From Trichosphaerium sp. ATCC 40318 (lineage: Eukaryota; Protista; Tubulinea), in contig JALMLS010000471.1 in NCBI GenBank assembly GCA_038496445.1, positions 62,001 through 126,000 on the forward strand: a stretch of DNA of 64,000 nt. Reading direction: 5' to 3'. A program made the translations under genes and the position numbers. The notes beneath the pieces were generated by a model. The model did not search any database, had not been told where the DNA came from, and saw only the letters and a program-made list of their open reading frames with translations. Shown here piece after piece: positions 37,716-49,400 of the stretch (its first letter is position 1; every line of letters begins with the position of its first letter).

Positions 37716-39296
37716 ATGGGTAACGCTTTAGATAAGAACGAAAAGTATAAAGCAGCATTAAACAATAAAAAAAAGTATTTGACGCTGCGTAAAAGCGGTA
37801 TAAAAGATACTGAGCCTATAAATAAGCTCGTTTGGCTAGAAGAGTTGGTTTGTGTGCTGTTATTACTTAAAATCGCTAATACAGCTCTAGAACATCGAAG
37901 ATAACGATATTCAGGCGAAAGGAGTTAAATTGGGTACAGTTTACGCTAATTATTGACAAACTAACTTAACGACACCATAGACGCTCTTGTAAACCTCTCC
38001 AGTTTATCTCTTGATCGAAACAATATCTCCGAATTGCCTACAGGCCTTTACAAACTAGAAAAACTGAAATCATTAAAGATTTCACAGAATCCGTTAAACC
38101 AACTTCCAAGTTCCTTTCCTGACAACTCTTTTGCTATGTTAACTTCAATACACCTTCAAGGTGAGCTTTTAGCTATTCGAAAATGTCCTAACTAACACGT
38201 GATTAGCGTGTAATTTGTCAGATGTGTCAGTGTTGAAAGACTTGGCTGCTTTGGTTGAGATAAATGTTTCTCACAACTCCTTGTCTTCTTTGGATCTTCC
38301 TTGGGAGAAAATGACAAAGCTAGGGTATTTAGACGCATCTCATAATAATATAGAAGAAGTATCAGGTTCTCTTATATCAAATCCACAGATGCGATTCTGT
38401 CTGTTGAACAACAACAAGGTGGAAACAATTTGTTTTGATGGCGGTTTTGTTTACGTTTTTTTTTAGATTAAGAAGTATCCAAACGAAAGTTGTAGTCATC
38501 TAACAAAGCTGGATTTGCGTTGTAACAATATAATAGATATTGATGATAAGTTTAGACATGAAAACGCTGAGGTATGATGATGGCTTTGATAGTACTAAAT
38601 AATTTATGTTCTTTTTATAGGCTTTTTTTTCTGATGTTCCTGACTTGGTTCTTCCGAAACTATACTTGGGTTGCTTTGAATCATCTATTAATAAAGAAAT
38701 TCTCGAAGATATAGGCATTACCCATATTTTACGAATCATGGACAACAAACCTCCAGAGTTTCCAGAGGTATTCCTAAAAAGTATATCCTAGCTTTTCTGA
38801 AATGTCTTTTTTTTTTTAGAACTTCAAGTATCACGTAGTAGATGTGGTTGATAGTAATGTAGCTGATTTAACAAACCACTTTGATGATGCCATAAAATTT
38901 ATCACAGACGGCATTAAAAACGTACTCACAGACCGAAAAACTCGAAAAGAACAAAAACTCTTAGAACCATATTTTTCTCATTTTTTTCTTTGTTTCTTTG
39001 TTCATGTCTTTTTTTCAGGGATGTGTTCTTGTACATTGCCATTATGGTCGCTCCAGATCAGCTTCATTTGTAATAAGTACGTTGTACAATATTAGTCAAT
39101 ATGGCTTTGAAGATCATCCTACAGTTGCAAATTTTTTGGATTTTAACTTTTTCTTTTAGGCTATTTAATGGCAGAGCATAAACATGATTTAACATCTGCT
39201 CTTACTTTTCTTAAAACAAAACGACCTATTGCTAAACCAAACTCTAATTTTATGGAACAGCTTGAAACCTTGTATCAAAAACTGCAAGAAAAATAA
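37716..39296 (+). CDS. Leucine-rich-repeat dual-specificity phosphatase (Dictyostelium MPL-like architecture)
   Basis: MGNALDK start, several LRRs (LSSLSLDRNNISELP, LGYLDASHNNIEEV), VLPKLYLG, catalytic VLVHCHYGRSRSAS, AYLM and PNSNFMEQL. Confidence 0.9.
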
Positions 39297-39429
39297 ATCG
39301 TGTTGGATTAAGAGTCATTCTAATCCACAACATTGAATGACTTTTCCAAAAAAACGAAGTTTTGAATGTATTTTTCTTCTTTATTTTCCATACGCAACTC
39401 ACGCTTAGGATAACTTCAATATGATAATG

Positions 39430-40110
39430 TACAACTTGTGTTTTTGTTAAACGTCACAAATGTTAGTTCAGCCGTTTATGATAACAACAAGTAATGCCAT
39501 GAAGCAACTTGACCTTATAAAGTCAACATAGTGAGTTGACACCTTCATCTGTGACAGTGTTGTTGGTAAGGCCAATTTTGTGTTTGCCAGCAAGCGCTTT
39601 AATGCTTCCATCTGTAATGTGATTACCAGTGAATGGTACGCACACCAAAGAGTGATGATACCTTCATTTGTAACACCCTTGCACTCAAAAAGACGAATAG
39701 TGAACTCCTGAAAGTGCTTTGATATCATCATCAGTAATACCAGCACAACCTGTAAGGTTAATAGAATATACATCAGCAAGCGACATCACACCTTCATCTG
39801 TAATTTTAGTACAACCACTTAGATAAATGGTATGAACACCAACAAGCGATTTCACACTCATTTGTGAATAACCAAGATAAATGGTATGAACTCCTGAAAG
39901 CGCTTTGACGCCTTCATCTGTAATACCATGACACTCTGTAAGGTAAATAGAATAAACGCCAGCGAGTGTTTTGACACCTTCATCTGTAATGTTATCACAA
40001 AAACATAAATTAATAGTATGAACATCAGCAAGCTATTTGATACCCTCATCTTTAATGAGATTACAAAACCTTAGATTAATAGTGTGAACTCCTGAAAGTG
40101 CTTTGATCCC
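39430..40110 (-). pseudogene. Cys-containing LRR (FBXL-type) repeat array, frameshifted
   Basis: About 75-bp repeats encoding ITDEGVKSLVGVHTIYLSGCTK-like units, with frameshifts and stops. Confidence 0.75.
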
Positions 40111-40320
40111 TTCACGAGCTTGTAGTGGCACTTTGCAATCTCTCAATTTCTACTTTATGCAAAAAAACGGTGAAAGATACAAGTCGTAGAAGTAGTTTAT
40201 AATCATCTCAATTTATTTTTTTCTACAATACATCGGTGTTTTAATTGGGTGTGTGTGGTTAAGCGGTGAGGGTAATAGTTTTGGTTTGTTGGTTTTTTAA
40301 GTGTGGAGTGGAGGTTTTTG

Positions 40321-42991
40321 TTACCGAGCGTGTTCTTTTTTTTTAAACCGCTTAAACTCAATCAACTTAAGTCGTAAAAAATCTTCTATGATATGTTGTA
40401 CTTCATTAAAAGTATCTATACTTAATTTACCTCTATAATGTGCTTGCTTAACATGTTCTTGCTCATCCTTACTTATATTAAGTGCAACCTCCTTATGAGA
40501 ACCGAAATATTTTACACATATTTCAGTGGCATAGTTTGTTGTTGGATTCCTAGAATATTCCGGGTTTCCGCACAGCTCTTTATAATGGATTATGTCTTTA
40601 AAGAAATATAGATTCTCTTCACACATATCCCTCTTTAAGAACTGTTCAAATGATTTATACAAAGGAGCATTATCAACAAGACCTCTAATGTTAGAAAGTA
40701 CTGCTGGTATTGCTTTTTGGAAGTTCGAAGATTGACAAGGATCACTGCTTCTTCGTTGATTACCACGTGGTCTTGAGCTCTATTTAAGATGTTAGATATA
40801 TTATTAACACAGTATAGGTTCTTTGAAGAGTATAAAGGGTGGATGACGTACACTACGAGCAGAAGCAGGGTACTTTGATTTTTTCTTTCTTTTTTCGCTT
40901 TTTCTTATTTTCCATTTTGAGAAAAGACCAGTTGGGTTTGCATATGACATCTCTGCTATTGCTTTTTCTCTTTCTGTACGTAACCCTCCAGGAGTACGTG
41001 AAAATATAGCAACCATTTGATCAAATGATGTCTCTTTATGAGGTGTATTCTCATCGATAAACTGAACAAGACGCTGACTCACAAATTGCTCAAACATTTG
41101 CGACTCTGTGAATACTTCAAGAATCTGAAAAAAAAGTTGGAAAAAAAAAATGTACAAAGGGAGAAATAGCACTAAGGGTTTTTTCAGTGAAAAGGTTTTT
41201 TTTTAAAGTCAAGAAAAAATGTCGTACCTGTTGAGTGTAACAGCGATCTTTATCGTTTGTTTTTGTACACACAACTGCATTTATAAGTGATTCTTTATCA
41301 AGAACTGTTTGTCCTGTATTGAAGTTGTAAGAACACCAAAAAGAAGATAACAAAATTATGAGATTTTTTTTCTCTTTTCTCAAACTTTTTATCGAACCTT
41401 GTTCATCTTTTGTGATATGATTGACATATGTCGCCACAAGAGAAAGATAAAACTGTGTAAACGCAGTCCGTATTTTAATTCCCTTTTGAGAAAAAGAAGA
41501 ATAAGCACAACACTTCAGTACATAAACAAAAAAACAACTTACTTTGAAAGCAAGTCCTCTTTTTAAACCTTGACGATTTTCAGTCAAAGCTTTTATGATT
41601 ATAAACCTCTCCTCTGGTAATGTTGCAAACTGATGTTTTGATTTTGTAGTAGTACAAGTACCACGATCCAAATCAACGAATACAACCTTTAAAAAAGAGT
41701 TGTCAACAAAGGATGAACCCAATCAATAAACTTTTTTTTTGAAATGTCTTTTTTTCAATCTCCAAATGACGTACTTGTTCTAGAGGTAGGCTCATTATTT
41801 CAGGTATAGAAGAAGAGTGTACACCAACAAAGAAAGGCATAGGTGCACAACAGTAACTCAACAAGGCTTGAGGTAACACTGGGATGAATACATGCTTTAA
41901 AAAAAAAATTAGTAAAAAAATACTAGAACTCAAAAAAGTGCATCGTACAGGCCAACAAAATGGGTAAAGAAGTGTTACTGCTGCAAAACAGCACTCAGAG
42001 ACCTTCTGAAGGCTAGCACTATGCATTATAATGCGTCTCTCGTAAAGTAAAGAAGAAAACAACTCCATCAGTGCTGCATTGTTTAAACTAAGCACTAAAG
42101 GCTGCAAAGACATCTACACGCTATCGTAAGTGATGTGATCGAACTAAGAACAAAGATAACGTAGTTTGACGCCATCAAAACAAGAAAAATCGAAAATCAC
42201 CAAAAAACCGCTTACTCTTCCGAAGGGGTATTCCTCTTCTTGTTCCGGATATGTCAGAGTATACAACGTAGGTAAGCCATCTATATGGCGTACGCTTATT
42301 GTAACGTCCTTGCCCTGTGAACGATATTAGAGCCAAAACAAGTAATTAGGAAAGAATTACCACTGAAGGCATTGTAACGTTGTAATAAACGTCCATAAAT
42401 GTTGTCCAGCCCTCTATTCCCGCCACATTCATACGTTGGTCTAGAATATTAACTATAGACCACAACACTTTGAAATGAGGTCTAATTAGCGTTAATAAGG
42501 TAGTATATACGCGTGTAACCAAGTTGTAGAGCAAAGTAGAAAACATGACACTTACGTTGTACTGAGCACGCATAAGCATTCAGGATGTTCCTTGTCTGCT
42601 CTGAATATTCTCATTACACAAGCAAATACTCTCTGAGTGTCGTTTAGTGCCCAAAAAGTATTAAAAGTACTCAAAAATGTACCTGTCCGTCGCTGTTTGT
42701 TAATGCAAAGCAAAATCGGCGTTGTCTAGCTTCATTGTTAGGTTTTGTTATACTTGAACAATAAACCAGCTTTTAAAGTCTAGAACTGTGTTTTTATACG
42801 TAAACGTACGCTTTTGATAGAGTAACAGCGTCTGTTGACGGGAAACAAAACTGTAATGCGCTTCTTTCAAAGCCAGCCGCTCTGGGAAACGCCAGTTTTA
42901 ATTTTGGCGTGACTCCACCGTTTTGTTGATCCCGTACCAATCCAATCCATAATGCTTGCTCAAAAAGCTTCTCCCAATGTCCCTCGGACAT
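40321..42991 (-). CDS. DENN-domain protein (Rab GEF-like) with a C-terminal RGS domain
   Basis: uDENN (LQFCFP, FCFALT), cDENN (LFSSLLYERRII...LLYPFCW..VFIPVLP..LLSYCCAPMPFFVGV), dDENN (FTESQMFEQFV). A phase-0 intron (gtacgt...aaatag) joins in frame to RGS FEQFLKRDMCEENLYF...EICVKYF...LNIS...F.EVQHII. Confidence 0.88.
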
Positions 42992-43746
42992 ATGGGATAC
43001 TCGGAACAGCCACTTCCGACGATGGCAGTTTTAGACAATAAATTTTAGGTTTTTTCAGTGTCGACGCCTATTTAATGAGTCTGTACACCTAGAAGCTATG
43101 TATCGTTTCTATAATTAATATTATGAGTGTGCTATTCATAAAACAGAGAATCTGTTGGACTTTTCGTAAAACCAAGGTTCTATTAGTGGCAACAAAAGCT
43201 ATTGCTTTAGATAATAGTCGCTACACTTTAGAGTGCGAATGTTTGCGGTTTTTGTTAGGAACCCAAATCAAAGGGCGGTAAATAGGTTAACATCGTCCCT
43301 GAGCGTAATCTTTGCGCACAGATACACATCGAACACTTTTTATACAGTTATGAACCAAAAACAGCGCCAAAACCACAGACGTACGTTTTAAACTCTAAGA
43401 AGTGTACTGTTATGTTAGCGCTATTGATTGGATTACAAAAAACAATATCTTTCAATTTAGCGCTTCTCGTTGCGTCAAGGTTTACTGTTTGCATGGAGGC
43501 TAGTGTATGAACATTTATAGTGCCAGAAGAGCATGTTGCATGAATATTCACATTGCTAGCAGGTAAGAGGTCGTCATTACCATCTACAATTAACGTTAAC
43601 TACCGCGACTGCGTGAAAGAGAAGAGAGCAAAAAAGGCTGCGTTTTTTTCGTCAGTGACAGTGAGTGCTTTACTAGGCCTCTCAATCCCTCTTTTATTAC
43701 GTTGTGATAAGTATTATGCTATACAATTACAGATTGACTAGTTATT

Positions 43747-45000
43747 CTAAACATTTGCTTGAGTTTCTCCTTTTTTTCTTTGTCGTACACCTTTTGCTAT
43801 TGAAATGACTTTTTGTTTCTTCTTTTTAAGTACAAGTTCACTATCTTTAGGTGCTAGTACTATATAAACAATACGTCCATATGAAACTGAGTATAGAATG
43901 AATCCCAAAGCGAAGATATAGTCAAGAAGTATGATGAATATCAACATTAGACTAACAATGATTATCATAGCTATTAGTGGTATAATAGTAGCTCTTCTAA
44001 GGTGAGTTAACTTGTCTATAGTTCCTTGAACTATTTCAATGTCTCCTGATAACTTGGCACCTTCTTTAAGTCCTGTGATTATTCTGTTTGCAAGACTAAA
44101 CGCGATTATAATTTGTGGTCCGTAACTAAAGAAAACAGCTGCACCGCTATACGCAGAGTAAAAATCTACATAAGTATGTATTGTTAGTATACTAATAATG
44201 TAATTCTGCAATGATAAAACGAATTGTTTAAAAATCACGTGTGCACTAGTGTAAACTTAAGCGCTTGAAAGAAAAAACTTGAAAAAAAGTGTAACTTTTT
44301 TTTGTTTTGCGACATTGTACTATTCTGAAAATGATTATAAATTCGTTAAGACTTACATCTTATCCGTTCATCAGCTACGATATATACTGTAAGAGGTCCA
44401 GCAAAAGCCAAAAAAAACGCCGATAGAAATGAAACAGTTTTTAAAAGCATGAACCAAAACACTACATTTCTCTTCTCTCCAGGTAATGTTCTCACTACTC
44501 TACGTTTAATAATTAGATTCATAATGTTGTATATATATAATTAACACTGTACTTCATTAGTCTCAATGTCAGTATCAAGTTAAAAGCGGATAAACACAGA
44601 ATTCCAAGTGTCCATAAAATGACGGGAAAAATATCTCTTGTCATTCTGTATCCAGCAATAACCATTGTGCAACCCAATACTCCAGCTAAGGTTTTTTTTC
44701 GGTTAAATTCTCTCACGATCACTTGCTAATGACTTTTGGTACCTGATGACATGACCATCATAATCGCAAACAACATGTGATTATTGTTTAGTTCAAAAAA
44801 ATTCTTCAGTTTGAAAGGATACAAATTCCAAAGTCTGTACATTGCAAGGTAGAACCCTATTACCCCAACTACAAGTGCAACAGAATATATGACTATAACG
44901 CCTGCTTTGTTGGTTGTACAAGCGTGATTACGGCCAAATTTATCCCGAAAATCCAAACTCACTCCATCACCACTCCAACTAAATTTGCGGTTAATGGATT
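43747..45000 (-). CDS. Multi-pass (about 7TM) membrane protein with a Cys-containing N-terminus
   Basis: WSGDG...HAC N-terminal segment followed by about seven hydrophobic helices over several exons and a basic tail. The start is unresolved. Confidence 0.55.
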
Positions 45001-45557
45001 AAACAGAACACAAAAACCTTTCGAAAACTAACATTCCGGAACTCCTACCAGCATCACAGCAAGTGCCTGGATAGGTGTAAATATGTTTTGACGCCATAAC
45101 GGTTTAACACGCCTATCAAGCAAGAAAATAGCGTTTGATGCGTAAAACAAAGGCGTACCCACTGTTACACATGCAAAAAGTGTTGTTTATGCATGTTCCT
45201 TGGCCGCTACACTCAAGTAATAGAGGCCATACTAGAAAACATGTTCCGTTCATTCCCCGACGAACAGTTACGTAACTGTGTAATAATTAAATAATCACGT
45301 GACGTTTGAATTACTTTGACTTTGTTGTTTTTTTAGCTATCCTTGCAACGACTAATTGACTAACGACAAGCTGAGCCATAATCCAAAATAATCTTTGAGT
45401 ATAGTAGATGAAGTGTTGTTTGTTCGTTGGCAGAAATAAACAAGTCGACAACTATCATTTTACTTCTTTCTTTTTTTAGCCAAAAAGAGCTTCAGGCAAT
45501 ACCCACAAACCGTCATGTGGTTAAATGTATATCGCCGGTAGTAACAATGTATTCACA

Positions 45558-46098
45558 TCAACGATTGCGGCATGGAGAGCAACCACAAAGTTTAATAGTG
45601 TGCACGCCTTCTAGCTCCTTTATTCCCTCAACAGTTATATTAGGGCATCCATAGCAGTAAATTGTATGTGCACCATGTAGTGCCTTTAATGAAGCATCTG
45701 TTATCTCTGTAAAAGCCAAGTTTATATTATGTATGTTTCTCTCCTTGCAATAATGAGATGATACTACTGTCTGTTATTTTGGATCTTTGGAGATTAAGAG
45801 AACGAACACCATGAAGACAAGCCAAGTCGTTGTCATTAACTTGAAAGTAAGTACACTCTATTACTGTGTTTTTAATCAACGGACTTCCTTCCAGAACACG
45901 ACAATCTGATGATGAGTGCAGTACAAGGGAATCAAAGCCTATATTATAGCGAATAATATTGTTGAACAAGTGAGAGACTGCTGTTGTTCTAATTCTTTGT
46001 ATTCTGTTCAAATTACGTAGAATTTGAGTTAATATCTCTGGTGGAAGAAAATGAAGTGATACCACTTGTGTTATCGGTTTCAATCGTTTTTTACTCAT
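45558..46098 (-). pseudogene. F-box/LRR protein with a frameshift (pseudogene or sequence error)
   Basis: F-box LHFLPPEILTQILRNL..IQRIRTTAVSHLFN, then LRRs. A frameshift near 45740 is needed to continue into IHNINLAFTEITDASLKAL...GCPNITVEGIKEL. Confidence 0.7.
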
Positions 46099-46405
46099 TA
46101 CAATGGAGAAGATACGTATACCAAAGCCACTCTGTACTGTTTTAATGTTTAGTGGATGAAAAGTAAAGTCCTTTTCCAAAAAGTGCGAGTTTTCTAGATC
46201 AAAGTTGGTTGCTCTTATTTGTGGTACACCATTTTTGTTTCTATTTTTGACAACTGCCAGTTCTGTTCTTTCCTCCTTCGTTTGAACTATTATACTGGCT
46301 TTAGTGGTACCTAACTCTAGACTCAAAAAGACAGTAGCAGTAGGTATTCATTTGTTTACAATTTAGGAATTTTTATTTCCATTTTTTTTTTTCTTTCATG
46401 TTATT

Positions 46406-49400
46406 TTACAAAACCGTATTACTCCTTAATAATGTTGGCTTTTTCTTTGATCTACTACTATTTACAACTCTCTTTTTCTTCTTTTTAAGATTTATAGGTA
46501 ATCCATAGCATACCATACCACCACCATTGAAGTACTTTAATCTACATTGGTCCCTAAAATGAAAAAAAAAATCAGAAAAAAAAAGTTCACACCAAAAAAA
46601 TAACAAGGACAGCATGCTTTAACACGTGAGCACGTGTTTCAAAAAAGTACATGATTTTGTAATAGACACCATTTTTTCATAGTACATACCTTGCAAATGA
46701 CATTGCTTCAAGAAGTGACAGGTCAGTTCCGGATTTAAGCCACGTTGTTAATAATGCAGCTGTGATATGATCAACTTCATTTTTTGTGATAACCCACAAG
46801 AACCCAAGTGTAGCAGGACTATTAAAAACACATTAGCTATCACAGTATATATACAGCGAAAACACCCAACAAGTTGGTAAGAACTGATATAGCAAGCCAT
46901 GTTCATATAAAACAAAAACATACCTTCCACCAAGTTGATAAGCAAGAGCATGACCTATCATATCGAATTCTCCTTTATCCTGCAGAGCAGCAGAAGAACA
47001 TCCCATTAATAGAGAAGTAGCACATGTATCAGGTATACGTGATATATCCGTAGAGGATACATATTGTTCACCAGCGTTGTGACCGCAATATCTAAGTAAA
47101 CAACATAAGCTTTTTGCGCAGAAAAAAAAAACTAATCGTTTCATACACAAACAGATCGTTATCTTCCAGTATCTGTTTCCATTCTTTTTGAGAAGGTGCA
47201 GAGTGGTGAGTACCATTCCATCGGAGTCGATCTCTAAAAATTACAAGTAAGGATACTACCACTTTAAACTTTTTTGAAAAAAGGGCAATAATCATCTGTA
47301 ATTTAACAACAACTTACGTGAACATAGGAAGAAGGTTTTTTGATGTATGTTCCAAGTCCTTGCTTGGATTAAGCACATAATATGATTTCTTTGGGTCAAC
47401 ACCATCTAAGTTAAAGCATGAGACCAGTGTTCGCGAAAATTAAAACTTTGTTTTACACCCAGTACCTCGTAGTGGATTTGGAGGAGAGTCTTCAGAAAGG
47501 AACTGACGGATTCTCGTCTTTATGAACGCTAAAGAAGGCATACGACTAACAGCCCTCTTTCTTAATAATGGTGTTGTCTCCCAAGGGAATACTTGCAAGT
47601 ATTGGTCAAGAACAAGAATCGTAGGGTTTCTATCAAAAGTAGGAATCTTCGGTTTGGCTGTAGGTTTTTTTCTATTTATTTTAGGTGTTGCAGACCTTTT
47701 ACCAAAACCAAAAGACTTCAACCTTCAGAACGCAGTAAGTATGGTTATTATTACTACTAGTACGTACTCTACAACACTGACAGGTTTATCATCCAAATCA
47801 GGTGTATCAGAACAAACATCATTCTGAAGAGATGAAAGCTCACTTCGACATTGTTTTACAAGAGTAACACACTAAGAGAAAAAATAAGTTTTTAGTACTT
47901 GATAGGTTGTCTTAACGTACTTGTTCTAAGAGTTCTTTACGAGCTTTTTTGGTCATCCTACGCTCTTCAAGTACCAGGATATGATCTAAAGACTCTTCTA
48001 GTTGCTTATCACTTAATGTATCCGCACAAGAGAACACAACACTGAACAGTTGTTGCGAGCGAGATCCAAGTTCTAATTTTTGTTTTAATATCACGTGATA
48101 CAGTTATAGCTTTTTTTGAAGTTCATACCTGCTTTTGTACTCTTTAAAGCCTTGTTTATTCTCTTAACAAGAACAGCCTTTGTACCAGTAGATTTAATCT
48201 TAAGGTCAAAGCAAATACTCTTGAGCTCTAATGCTTTCATAGACGTATTCACTGATTTAACTGAGGATAAACTATCAAGTTCTCCTTTGACTTGGTCATA
48301 CGCCTTATTACACCATTTTTGCTCTTCCTTAGATTTTAGTTCATCTTTAAAACTACCAAGCAAAGCACCCTAGAGCAGTGTAAACAAAAAAAGAACCAAC
48401 CAAAACAAAAAAAAAAAAAAAGACAAAAAGTTTTTTTGTTTTTTACCTTCCAACAACCCAACACGTCATCTTCAACCTCTGCCATTATATTCTTTAGATC
48501 TTCATCACTTTTACGCATAGTATTCCACCAATTTTTGGAAGAAGCTTTTGAAGCTTGATTAAGCGTAATAAAGCTTTCATTCATTATACATTCGAACTTT
48601 TGCCGAACACTATCATACACGTTTTCTCCTTTAAACAAGTAAGAAAAAACCTGTATTCCACTTCATCTCAAAGACGTACCCTTCTCTTCACCTTGTAGTG
48701 ATTGTCTTACTACAAGAGGTGGACTTCCTTTTCTCAGTCGAGTGATGAATAGAGTGGACTGATCAGGAGACAAAGTCATACAACAAACAGTCCATGTTGG
48801 ATCAAAAGATTCACAAAGATCATCAATATACTTTGAAGCATGCTGATTAACTTGCAAGAACTGAGATTTTGATGTGTCTATAGACATGCCATCAAATCCG
48901 AAATCATTTTCACGCCTTGTTAGGCGTTTCATGCCTTCCTGAGTATCTTTTGTACCATCCTAAATCAAGTTAACTACTGCCTACTAAACTTCTCAAAACG
49001 AACCTCTTCCTTGGCATTAGCACCTTCTAAATCCTCAATAAGCACTCTCACTTGCTTCAATAATCGTCTTCTATGACCTCTAGTATGCAAAGTAAGCTAT
49101 TGGTGTATTAAAGAGAGTACAAGTACGTTGTAACACCAAGCTTTTTAAGATCAGCGTCAGTCAACTCTTTGAAATCTTCAAGTTTATCCCATCCATCTTC
49201 AATGAGCTTATCAGTGTATTTACTAAGTTTTATTTCTTCTAGCCAAGCTCTCACAGCCTCACCAGGCTCTTCATCATCTTCCTAAACCAAAAATAAACAA
49301 AAAAAAGTTCACAGAGGTAAAGAACAAGTGTCGTACTTCGTCTGATCCTTCTTCTTCATCAAGGCTTATTTCGTCTTCAGAAGACAGTTCTTCAGTGTCA

